Assembly (NCBI GenBank): GCA_949290645.1
Contig: CASESG010000004.1
Span: forward strand, 10,821-74,820
DNA length: 64,000 nt
Direction: 5' to 3'
Source: an uncultured Bacillota bacterium
GTDB taxonomy: Bacteria; Bacillota_I; Bacilli_A; RFN20; CAG-288
Part shown: positions 17,405 to 29,160 of the stretch, piece by piece
Numbering within the stretch: position 1 is the stretch's first letter
Layout: every line of letters starts with the position of its first letter
Notes under the pieces: generated by a model
Databases searched by the model: none
What the model was told of the DNA's origin: nothing
The model's input: only the letters and a program-made list of their open reading frames with translations
Program-made: the position numbers and the translations under genes

Positions 17405-18957
17405 GCGATTTCCTCGAAATAAAGTCGGCATGTATCGTCATTCATCATGCTTTCGACCTCGAATCCATAGAGAGGACGGCTTCCCTCGTCGAAGAGGAAT
17501 TCCTCATACGTCCCTCCCGAGAGAAGGAAGGAATCCCCGTTCTGGTAGAGAGCGGAATTGCTCGCCATCTGATTGGCGACAAACCTCGTCTTCCTCCCGC
17601 TTTCGGGAAGAAGGGAGAGCAGTCTTCCTCGATAATACGAGCTATTCGTATCATCGATCCGAGTGTCGAAGCAATAGGAGCGGGTGTTGGAGTAGATGTA
17701 GTAGAAGAGATAGTTCTGAGAGCTGGCGACAGGGATACGGTCATAGGAACAGCCATCCCAGAGAAGACCCTGAACGCCCGTGAGAGAAGGAACCAGCTTT
17801 CCGATGCGGGCATTGACGTGATAGACCAGGATTCCCGATTCCGTGAACATGCTCAGCTGGTTCTGGTAAGGGATGCGGGCATCCTGGGCGTTGATCCCAG
17901 TCGGCGTGTAGTACTCGACGATCAGATACTCGTCGAACGGCGTCCCGTTGAAGTCGACCTGTCCGTCCTTCCCGATTGGAAGGATCAAGCACTCTCCCGT
18001 CTCCTCGAAGGAAGAGAGGGTCAAGACATCGTCGTTCTGGTCGAGAAGTTCCTTCGTCACGACGATCGGATCGACCCAGGAGAGCAGATATTTGGAGAAG
18101 GCGTCGTGGTCCCCGATGTTGTAGTCCATCATCATCGCCCCGCCGGTAGGAGAATCGACGTTCGACCCTCCGGCATCATAGGAATAGTAGTCGTCCAGTC
18201 CCATCAAGTGCCCCGTCTCATGGATGAAGGTGTGCCCGTCCCCGTTGTACACGCTGCCATAGGAAAGATAGTTTCCTTCCTCCAGAAAGTCGATCGAAGC
18301 CCAGGAGTAGGAGCAGGCCTTGAGACCGGAGTACGTCGACCGGGAACTCGACCAGCTCGTGAAGGCCCAAAGAAGGTCTGAGCTTGAATCGAAGGGCGAG
18401 GAGTAGACCATCCACACCGCGTCGAGATAGCCGTCATCGTTGCTGTCGAAGGAGGAGAGGTCCATCTCCTTCGAGAGCTTCTCCAGGCTCTGGTCGAGGA
18501 CATTCTCCGTGAATGTGGTCGCATCCATGCGCTCCGCATCCTCGGTCGTGACACGAAGGGAGATCGGCGAGGTGACTTCCCCGGAGATGTGAAGATTCCC
18601 GTAGCTTGATTTCTCGTAGTAGGAAGAGACCGACTCCCAGCCCGTCTGGGCCGAAGTGCCGAAAAAGGTGTTGTCCAGACGCAGCAGATCGTCCGAATCG
18701 AAGGGGCTGTCGGCGAATTGAATGGGGATGACAAGGATGCGGGCATCCCCGAAGTGAGGCATATAAATCTGTCCGTTCCAGGCACCGACATTCTCGACCG
18801 TGAGATTCTCGCTTCGATCGTTCGGACCATACTTCGGTTCCAAGTATCCGATGCCTCCCGTTGGGGAGAGGGTCGAGGAGACAAAAGGCAGGTGGAAGTC
18901 ACAGGAGACAAGAAGGGGGAAAGAGAGGATCAAAAGCAGAGGTTTCTTCTTTCCCAT
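17401..18957 (-). CDS. M6 (immune-inhibitor-A-like) metalloprotease-domain lipoprotein
   Basis: Start MGKKKPLLLILSFPLLVSC gives a lipobox (LVSC). A zinc motif HTFIHETGHLMGLDDYY (HExxH...D.Y) is present. The track ORF is over-extended to 19086. Confidence 0.75.
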   Translation of the reverse strand: MGKKKPLLLILSFPLLVSCDFHLPFVSSTLSPTGGIGYLEPKYGPNDRSENLTVENVGAWNGQIYMPHFGDARILVIPIQFADSPFDSDDLLRLDNTFFGTSAQTGWESVSSYYEKSSYGNLHISGEVTSPISLRVTTEDAERMDATTFTENVLDQSLEKLSKEMDLSSFDSNDDGYLDAVWMVYSSPFDSSSDLLWAFTSWSSSRSTYSGLKACSYSWASIDFLEEGNYLSYGSVYNGDGHTFIHETGHLMGLDDYYSYDAGGSNVDSPTGGAMMMDYNIGDHDAFSKYLLSWVDPIVVTKELLDQNDDVLTLSSFEETGECLILPIGKDGQVDFNGTPFDEYLIVEYYTPTGINAQDARIPYQNQLSMFTESGILVYHVNARIGKLVPSLTGVQGLLWDGCSYDRIPVASSQNYLFYYIYSNTRSYCFDTRIDDTNSSYYRGRLLSLLPESGRKTRFVANQMASNSALYQNGDSFLLSGGTYEEFLFDEGSRPLYGFEVESMMNDDTCRLYFEEIA

Positions 18958-18958
18958 G

Positions 18959-19657
18959 TCAATCACCGTAGTCCGAGCCACGGCTCTTGTCCTCGACCAG
19001 GACCTTGCAGAGGTCGGCGATATCCATTGCGGAGAGATAGATGGCCCCCTCGGTCTCGACCAGAGGGTTGTCGTAATGTCCGACAAAGACGACCTTGCGA
19101 TTCTTCTTCACGATTTCGTCCATCTTGTCGAGAAGTTTCTGGTAGCTTTCCGGACGAAGCATCTTATAGCCTTGAAGATAAGTGTAGAACTGCGGTTCGA
19201 TATAGAAAACAGAGCCGTCCGGATTGCGGTAGCAAGTCGCAAAGCGATTTCTCAAATCAATCAGGACATCTCGGTCCTTCCATTCCTCATAGTGTTTCAT
19301 CTTTTTCTCCTTCTCTTCCTCCAACAGGAGGATCGCACACTCGAAGCTTCTCTTCAGCCACAGGATGTCTTCTCTCAAGGACTGCGTCTTGATCTCAAGG
19401 CAAGAACAATCGCAGAGAGAGGGCAACGGCTTCAAAACAGAGAGGACATCGCCTTTCCCTTCTTGCAGAAGGTGGCGACAGCTCTCGATCTCCTTGATTC
19501 TCTCCTCATAGTCGAATTGAGGAGAGAACGGCTTTTTTCCGTGTTCCTTTCGGGAAAGTAGCTTCTGGAGCATCCCGAGGCAGGGAAGAAGGGAAAGAAG
19601 AAGCATCTCACTTTCCCCCTTTGCCTGGCATGCCCTCTTCCAATATTCGTCTCTCAT
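18959..19657 (-). CDS. Hypothetical protein (232 aa) with a CDCSC cluster
   Basis: Host-like codon usage, ATGA overlap with the upstream gene (19654-19657), and a stop 1 nt before the next ATG. No family recognised. Confidence 0.6.
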   Translation of the reverse strand: MRDEYWKRACQAKGESEMLLLSLLPCLGMLQKLLSRKEHGKKPFSPQFDYEERIKEIESCRHLLQEGKGDVLSVLKPLPSLCDCSCLEIKTQSLREDILWLKRSFECAILLLEEEKEKKMKHYEEWKDRDVLIDLRNRFATCYRNPDGSVFYIEPQFYTYLQGYKMLRPESYQKLLDKMDEIVKKNRKVVFVGHYDNPLVETEGAIYLSAMDIADLCKVLVEDKSRGSDYGD

Positions 19658-19992
19658 CCTTCCTCCACAAGCTCGTGAAGATGGAGAAGAAACTTCTCGT
19701 CTTCCCTAAGCTTCTCCTTCACGGCCTTTTCCTTGGCCTTCTCTTTCAGCTCCCCGACAAAGGAGAGGACTTCCCCATAGCCTTGTTCCAGCTCCGGAAG
19801 AAGTCTTTCCTTCTCTTCCTTCGAGGCGAGGAAATAGTCTCCGTCCAAGTCCATCATCCGGAAGAGGAGGGAAGAATACCTCTCCCTTCTTTCCTCTTCC
19901 AGCAAGTTGACATAGGCCAGAAGGGAGCAGAAGCAGGCACTTCCGCAGTAGCAGTTGGACGTCGGGCATTCCATCTTCTCCAGGATCGTCAT
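19654..19992 (-). CDS. Hypothetical small protein (112 aa), N-terminal Cys-rich (CPTSNCYCGSACFC), C-terminal Glu/Lys-rich helix
   Basis: ATGA overlaps on both sides (19989-19992 with cobB, 19654-19657 with the next gene). No family recognised. Confidence 0.55.
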   Translation of the reverse strand: MTILEKMECPTSNCYCGSACFCSLLAYVNLLEEERRERYSSLLFRMMDLDGDYFLASKEEKERLLPELEQGYGEVLSFVGELKEKAKEKAVKEKLREDEKFLLHLHELVEEG

Positions 19993-20723
19993 CGGATGCC
20001 TCCGAAGAGCTCCCCGACGTTCTGATGAAGGACGAGGTCGGCTCTTTCGTCTTCCTTCTCCGGGTTCCGGTCGATCAGGATCAGCTCTCTTCCCTGGAAA
20101 TAGTTGAGGAAGGAAGCGGCCGGATAGACGACAAGAGAGGTTCCCGCCACGATCAGGAGGTCAGCCTCGGAGATGGCGATCATCGCCTTGGTCATGACAT
20201 GGACATCCAGGCTCTCCTCATAGAGGACGACATCCGGCTTGATCACGCCTCCGCAATGCGGACAACGTGGGACAAGGGTCGGGCAATTTTTCACGAAGGT
20301 TCCGTCATAGAAGCGGGAGCAGTCCTCGCAATAGTTCCTCAAGATCGACCCGTGAAGCTCGATGACGTTCTTGCTTCCGGCCTTCTGATGGAGACCGTCG
20401 ATGTTCTGCGTGACGATCGCAGAGAGCTTTCCTCTCTTCTCGAGCTCGGCCAAGGCAAGGTGGCAGGGATTGGGCTTGGCATCCAGGACAAGCATCCTCT
20501 CCCGATAGAAACGGAAGAACTCCTCCTTGTTTTGCTCGTAAAAGTGATGGGAGATGATCTCCTCCGGGTCGTAGGCATACTTCTGGTGATAGAGTCCGTC
20601 CTTGCTCCGGAAGTCCGGGATTCCCGATTCCGTAGAGACCCCCGCCCCGCCAAAAAAGACGACGTTCCGACTGCTGTCGATGGCCTCCTGGAGAATCTTC
20701 CGGTCGTGTTCCAGAGAGTTCAT
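19989..20723 (-). CDS. cobB: NAD-dependent protein deacylase (Sir2/CobB family)
   Basis: Start was re-picked at ATG 20723 (MNSLEHDRK). Motifs: GAGVSTESGIPDFRS, QNIDGLH, and Zn-ribbon CEDC...CPHCGG. 244 aa. Confidence 0.9.
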   Translation of the reverse strand: MNSLEHDRKILQEAIDSSRNVVFFGGAGVSTESGIPDFRSKDGLYHQKYAYDPEEIISHHFYEQNKEEFFRFYRERMLVLDAKPNPCHLALAELEKRGKLSAIVTQNIDGLHQKAGSKNVIELHGSILRNYCEDCSRFYDGTFVKNCPTLVPRCPHCGGVIKPDVVLYEESLDVHVMTKAMIAISEADLLIVAGTSLVVYPAASFLNYFQGRELILIDRNPEKEDERADLVLHQNVGELFGGIR

Positions 20724-20790
20724 TCCGCTTGTCCCAGTCACAACAATATTATAGACAAAAAAGGCCTTTTTTCTATCTCGGCAAGACGAG

Positions 20791-20816
20791 AAAAGGGGCT
20801 GTCCGAAGACAGCCCC
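20791..20816 (-). terminator. Rho-independent terminator of nifJ
   Basis: On the minus strand, GGGGCTGTC-ttcg-GACAGCCCC is followed by TTTT, 23 nt after the nifJ stop. Confidence 0.8.
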
Positions 20817-20838
20817 CAAAAGAGCGAAGATTGTCGGA

Positions 20839-24450
<3,612 letters not shown>

Positions 24451-24601
24451 ACATCCTCCAATGATTCTGCTGGTTCAAGCAATTTATTATAGAACAACAC
24501 CAAAGGAAGTGGATAGCCAAAGAGGGGAAATTTGGAAGCGATTTTGTTAGCTTAAATTAACAAAACCAAACTTTTTTTCTGCTGGAAGGCTTGCAAACAA
24601 A

Positions 24602-24636
24602 ATATGATCGTTTTATCATATGAACGCTGATTCATA
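24602..24636 (+). promoter_or_regulatory. Overlapping dyad symmetries (candidate metalloregulator operator) upstream of the P1B ATPase
   Basis: ATATGAT-n6-ATCATAT (24602-24621) overlaps TATGAA-n6-TTCATA (24619-24636). The element ends 4 nt before the GGAGG RBS of the ATPase gene. Confidence 0.4.
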
Positions 24637-24650
24637 TATGGAGGTAACCT

Positions 24651-26645
24651 ATGTCCTGCAAAGCCTGCGCCATGCCAGAAGATGACGAGAGCACGGAGAG
24701 GAAGGAAAAGATCCTTCATTTCGTCTTTCTCGGAGTCGGTCTGGCCCTGTTGGTCATCGCGCTAGTCCTCAACAAGGTCGATTCCTCGGCCTTTTCCGAG
24801 CTCGAGTGGGATTCCTTCTCCAATCCTTCGTTCTTCTCTTCCCTTTCCTTCTATTCCTTTCTTTTCTATACCGTCGACTATGCTTTCCTTTCTTATATTC
24901 TTATCAAGAACATGGTCGAGGAAATCAAGGAGAAGAACTATATCAACGAATTCACCCTGATGTTCCTCGCTACCGTCGGCGCCTATGCCATCGGGGAGTT
25001 TCTGGAAGCGGTCCTTGTCATCCTCTTCAACATCGTCGGGGAGACGCTTGAGGACTACGCAACCGAGAAGTCCAAGAAATCCATCCAGGGATTGGTCAAC
25101 GACATTCCCCTTTTCGCCCATGTCGTGAAAGAGGACGGATCGATCGTCGACGAGAATCCGGAGCATGTCCCGGTCGGGACATTGCTCGAGATCCGCCCAG
25201 GAGAGAAGGTGAGCATCGACGGAGTCCTCGTCCAGGGCCATTCCTCGCTGGACATGTCCTCCATCAACGGAGAGTCCCTTCCCAAGGACGTGAAGGAAGG
25301 GGACATGGTCTACTCCGGATCCATCAATCTCTCCTCTGTCCTCATCCTCAAGACCCGGAAACGATATTGGGATTCCACCCTCTCCCGCATCCTCTCCCTT
25401 GTGGAGAACGAGCAGGAGAAAAAAGCCAAGAGCGAGAAGTTCATCACCCGCTTCAGCAAGATCTACACGCCGATCGTCGTCCTGATCGCCCTTTTCGTCT
25501 TCCTGCTCGGATACGGCCTTTCGGGCTTTGTCTGGGAAGGGACAAAAGGCGGAGAAGTCTGGCTCTATCGTTCCCTTTCCATCCTTCTCATCTCCTGTCC
25601 CTGCGCCCTTGTCATCTCCGTCCCCATCTCCTTCTTCGCCGGGATCGGCGTCGCCAGCAAACTCGGGATCCTGATCAAGGGCTCTCTGCCGTTAGAGAAC
25701 CTGTCCAAAGCTCAAGTCTTCTTCTTCGACAAGACAGGAACCCTGACCAAAGGGGATTTCGTCCTTCAAAACAAGGTCGAGGAAAGAAACCTCCAGATCG
25801 CCGCATCCCTGGAAAGCAAGTCGACCCATCCCTTGGCCAAGGCCATCACCTCCGCCTACCAAGGAGACTTGCTTCCGGTCGTGGACTTCCGGAACGTCCC
25901 AGGCGGAGGAATCGTGGGAACGATCGACAATCGTCCTTATCTCCTGGGAAGCAAGGCCTTCCTTCTTCATAACGGAGTCCAGGACTTCCCAGAAACGGAC
26001 ACTCCCTACAAGGTCCTCTACCTCGCCGAGGAAGGCAAGGAAAAGATTCAGGACTTTATCGTCGCCGACGAGATCAAGGAAGGAGCCAAGGAAGCGATAA
26101 AGGGTCTGCGAGAACAAAAAGTCGAGAAGACGATCATGCTCTCCGGCGATGATCGCCGAATCGCCCATGCCGTCCAGGAAGAAATCGGACTGGACGGCTA
26201 CAAGGCCGAGCTCCTTCCCGACGAAAAGCTGAAGGAATTGAAGTCCTACATGCCGCAGAAGAAAGTCGCGTTCGTCGGAGACGGCATCAACGACTCCCCT
26301 TCCCTCCTGGCCAGCGACGTCGGAATCAGCATGGGAGGCCTGGGAAGCGATGCCGCCATCGAAGCGAGCGATGTCGTTATCATGGACGACAGCCTCACGA
26401 AGCTTGCCGAAGGGCGGAGATTGTCTCGAAGGACCATGATCAACGTCATCGTCGGTGTCCTCTTTGCCATCCTCGTCAAGGTCCTGGTCATGATCCTCGT
26501 TGCCCTGGGCTACGGAGGAAACTTCGCCATGATCTTGGGCACCCTCTCCGACACGGGCATCATGGCCCTTTGCGTCCTCCACTCAATGTCCCTCCTGCTC
26601 TACAAGACGAAATACATTCCACATCCCAAGAGAAACAAAGTCTAA
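24651..26645 (+). CDS. Heavy-metal translocating P1B-type ATPase (Cd/Zn/Co-type)
   Basis: Contains the SCPCAL (CPC) TM motif, DKTGTLT and GDGINDSP. The N-terminus is a short Cys motif (MSCKACAMPEDDE) rather than a full HMA domain. Confidence 0.9.
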   Translation: MSCKACAMPEDDESTERKEKILHFVFLGVGLALLVIALVLNKVDSSAFSELEWDSFSNPSFFSSLSFYSFLFYTVDYAFLSYILIKNMVEEIKEKNYINEFTLMFLATVGAYAIGEFLEAVLVILFNIVGETLEDYATEKSKKSIQGLVNDIPLFAHVVKEDGSIVDENPEHVPVGTLLEIRPGEKVSIDGVLVQGHSSLDMSSINGESLPKDVKEGDMVYSGSINLSSVLILKTRKRYWDSTLSRILSLVENEQEKKAKSEKFITRFSKIYTPIVVLIALFVFLLGYGLSGFVWEGTKGGEVWLYRSLSILLISCPCALVISVPISFFAGIGVASKLGILIKGSLPLENLSKAQVFFFDKTGTLTKGDFVLQNKVEERNLQIAASLESKSTHPLAKAITSAYQGDLLPVVDFRNVPGGGIVGTIDNRPYLLGSKAFLLHNGVQDFPETDTPYKVLYLAEEGKEKIQDFIVADEIKEGAKEAIKGLREQKVEKTIMLSGDDRRIAHAVQEEIGLDGYKAELLPDEKLKELKSYMPQKKVAFVGDGINDSPSLLASDVGISMGGLGSDAAIEASDVVIMDDSLTKLAEGRRLSRRTMINVIVGVLFAILVKVLVMILVALGYGGNFAMILGTLSDTGIMALCVLHSMSLLLYKTKYIPHPKRNKV

Positions 26646-26729
26646 AAAAAGCAAGACTTTTTCCTCTCTTGAAAGTTCCGACTTGTCGATTCGCCTTGAA
26701 ATTGATCGTCTGCCGTCTAGAATAAAATT

Positions 26730-26834
26730 GATGTCTGATTCTAGGCTCTGCCTCGTGATGGCTTAACTGGGGTCAATCATCATTCCGTCCTTTCTATTTG
26801 GGTGTCTGGAGAAAACCTCCAGGCACCTCTTTTC
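26730..26834 (+). ncRNA. Candidate small RNA (orphan copy of the antitoxin-like element)
   Basis: A sigma-A-like promoter, TTGAAA (26696-26701) -16 nt- TAGAAT (26718-26723), precedes it. No ORF is present. A strong terminator follows: GGTGTCTGGAG/CTCCAGGCACC (26801-26827) plus TCTTTT. The core GGCTCTGCCTCGTGATGGCTTAACTGGGG is about 85% identical to 27104-27132. Confidence 0.35.
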
Positions 26835-27088
26835 GTTTTGGACGGGAAGAAGGCATCCTGATCCAAATCAGGCAAAGCATTGCCGAAAATCAAAGCTGCC
26901 ATTCTGGAAAAATGTGATTTTGCAGCCAAACTATCCGGGAAAATGTGATGGATGGATAATTCGCTTCATAAAAGGACCAATGCATATAATTCACGAATAA
27001 CACAAGACATTTCTTCGACTTCCGCATCCATTCTTCTCCTCGTATGACCGGCCTTGGTTTTTGCACCAGCATGGACTATAATACCCAA

Positions 27089-27163
27089 GAAGGGACCGGC
27101 CGAGGCTCTGCCTCACGATGACTTAACTGGGTGAGTTAGAATCATCATTCTGGTCCTTTTTTT
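27089..27163 (+). ncRNA. Candidate antisense (antitoxin-like) sRNA overlapping the 3' end of the small toxin-like ORF
   Basis: Promoter TTGGTT (27054-27059) -17 nt- TATAAT (27077-27082). A closing stem AAGGGACC/GGTCCTTT and an inner GATGA/TCATC hairpin are followed by a run of 7 T (27157-27163). It is antisense to codons 24-36 of the ORF at 27123..27233. Confidence 0.3.
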
Positions 27164-27233
27164 CTGTCTTCTTGTCGATGTATTTGAGGATGAGGTAGAA
27201 AAGCAGAAGTCCGAGAACATCAAACGCTCCCAT
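27123..27233 (-). CDS. 36-aa hydrophobic peptide, type-I-toxin-like (Fst/Ldr-style architecture)
   Basis: Strong RBS AAAGGAGGTGAGTC before the ATG. The product MGAFDVLGLLLFYLILKYIDKKTEKKDQNDDSNSPS has one TM helix plus a charged tail. Not in the ORF track because it is under 60 aa. Confidence 0.45.
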   Translation of the reverse strand: MGAFDVLGLLLFYLILKYIDKKTEKKDQNDDSNSPS

Positions 27234-27259
27234 GACTCACCTCCTTTCTCCGGCAGCTT

Positions 27260-27355
27260 CCCTGTCGGCGGAAGATGGAAAAATAGAGGACCAAAGAAAC
27301 GAGGCAGAACCGAAACCGAATCCCTTCCGAACCCAAAGAAGGGTTCACTATTATT
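27260..27355. repeat. Roughly 100-nt repeat, copy A (leader upstream of the toxin-like ORF)
   Basis: CCCTGTCGGCGGAAGATGG...AAAGAAACGAGGCAGAACCGAAACCGA...GGGTTCAC aligns at about 80% identity with 29744-29852. Confidence 0.6.
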
Positions 27356-27448
27356 GTTTTTGAAAGCGACGTTTGTTCAGAAAAAAAGAGAAGGACTTTC
27401 AGATCGGCCTTCGCTTAGGCATCGATAAGGAGGCTTCCGTCTTTACTC

Positions 27449-28432
27449 TCAATCGCTTCCTTCTGTCATCGGATTGCTCTTCCGATACCGATTCCACAGA
27501 TACTCGAAGGTCTTCTGGACATCGTTGACGAAGGTCTTCTCCTCGATTTCGTCGACCGGAGAATAGCAGGAGATGTTGATGGACTCGGAGGTCTCCTTGA
27601 TGGGGGCGTTCATGTTGGTCCAGAGATAGATGGTTTCCTCGTATTCCTTCCTGGACTTGGCATCGGTATAGCTGGTTGCCATGATGATTGGCATCTGATA
27701 TTCGTCTTCGTAGAAACGGAGTTCGATCTTTCCGCCGTTGTCCGCAAATCGAGCGAGCTCGTGGCAGAGCTTCTGGATGTATTTCACTTGGAAAGAATGG
27801 TCTCCGTGGCTGTCGCTGATGACGGTCTTGTCCTCTTCGATGCGTAGGTGCCTTCGAAGCACCTCCAGGTCGACCGGGGCGAAAGGCTCTCTCTGGACTT
27901 TCTTGGAAAGGAGCATGGCATAGGAGCGTTCCAGGAAAGACCCGGCTTCCTCCCTTCCCTCGAAGAGGTCCGTGTAATATTTCAGAAGCGTCTCCTGCTT
28001 GGAAGGGTCCTCGTAATCCTCGGCCTTCCAGTCCTTGAAATGGCCACGGTCGGGATTGGCCAGTAGGACACGAATCTGGCATCCGTTGGAGAGCAGTCTC
28101 TTGAGATATCCGGCCTTCATCTCATAGTCGCGGAAGAATCCCCAGCCCGTGATGAAACAGAGGTCGAGATGGCTGGGCATGAGCTTTCCGTCGAGGCCGA
28201 AGCAGACATCCCTGCCGGCCTTGGACAACGTCCCTCCCTTGTGGGCATGGACCTTGTGGATTCCGTATTTCTGAAGGCTCTTTCCGATCAGTCTCTGATC
28301 CTTGAAGGCCTGATCGAGAAGGAACTTCGTCAGGATGGCGATGACAATCGCCTGAAAGACAGCGATGACGATTCCGACAATCTGTTCCGCATAGTTGATG
28401 GAGGTGAAGTCGAAGGCATCCGTGAAAATCAT
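27449..28432 (-). CDS. N-terminally membrane-anchored hypothetical protein (327 aa)
   Basis: One TM segment (IVGIVIAVFQAIVIAILTKFLL) followed by a roughly 270-aa soluble domain of unrecognised family. The start is 1 nt after the stop of the cupin gene. Confidence 0.7.
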   Translation of the reverse strand: MIFTDAFDFTSINYAEQIVGIVIAVFQAIVIAILTKFLLDQAFKDQRLIGKSLQKYGIHKVHAHKGGTLSKAGRDVCFGLDGKLMPSHLDLCFITGWGFFRDYEMKAGYLKRLLSNGCQIRVLLANPDRGHFKDWKAEDYEDPSKQETLLKYYTDLFEGREEAGSFLERSYAMLLSKKVQREPFAPVDLEVLRRHLRIEEDKTVISDSHGDHSFQVKYIQKLCHELARFADNGGKIELRFYEDEYQMPIIMATSYTDAKSRKEYEETIYLWTNMNAPIKETSESINISCYSPVDEIEEKTFVNDVQKTFEYLWNRYRKSNPMTEGSD

Positions 28433-28433
28433 C

Positions 28434-28844
28434 TCAATACTCCTTTCCCCAATTCTCTTGTTCCTTGCTCAGCTTCACAAGGATCTTGTCGTTCCCGGCC
28501 GGATACTTGAAGAAGAGAATCTTTGTCCCCTTCAAGGCTTTCTGGTAATACTTCGTCCCTCTGCGGATGATGAAGAAATCCCCTTTCTTCATCTCGACCT
28601 CTTCCATCGTCGAAAGGTCGAGGTACTTCGTCTTCCCTTCCAGGATATATTGATACTCCGAGCAAGTCGTGTGGTAATGGGGCTTTTCCACCCGATAGGA
28701 ATCGTAGAGGGTGATTCCGATCTCTACCTCATCGTCCTTCAGGTTCTCCAGCTTCTGCGGCAGCTTCAAGTCCCCGCAGAGATATTGGCGATGCTCGCTC
28801 TCCAACGTCTTGTCGATCAAGGAAGAATCCAGTTTCTCGATCAT
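28434..28844 (-). CDS. Cupin-domain protein (136 aa)
   Basis: A cupin-like core: PHYHTTCSEYQYILEGKT...MKKGDFFIIRRGTKYY. Confidence 0.65.
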   Translation of the reverse strand: MIEKLDSSLIDKTLESEHRQYLCGDLKLPQKLENLKDDEVEIGITLYDSYRVEKPHYHTTCSEYQYILEGKTKYLDLSTMEEVEMKKGDFFIIRRGTKYYQKALKGTKILFFKYPAGNDKILVKLSKEQENWGKEY

Positions 28845-29160
28845 GTTCTCTCCTTCCGAAAACTCTTCCTATTGTAACAGAAGGAATACCGTTCCCAGGG
28901 AGACCGTTTTTTGAAAACCGACATTCTCGTCCCAGGAGAAAAGAAGAAGAAAGCCAGGACTCCTCAGGATGACGAAACGAAGGGATTCGAATCATTCCTG
29001 TTTTCCTTTCTGTTCTTTTGCCGATGAAACGAATGATTGGAAAAGGAAGACAAGCCTTGTTGGGATTTCGATTTATTGACAAATCTATCTTAAAAAAATA
29101 TCGGATATTATGGGCAAACAGAAAAATAAACAAAGAATTTTCAACAAGTCGCCTATGCAT

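Noticed and set aside
19989-20723. The Sir2 gene as a phage-defence effector (Thoeris ThsA / DSR / SIR2-HerA type).
   Set aside because: It is a short (244 aa) canonical CobB with an intact Zn-ribbon and a NAD/acyl-lysine motif set. It has no fused sensor domain. A defence role for the operon remains pure speculation.
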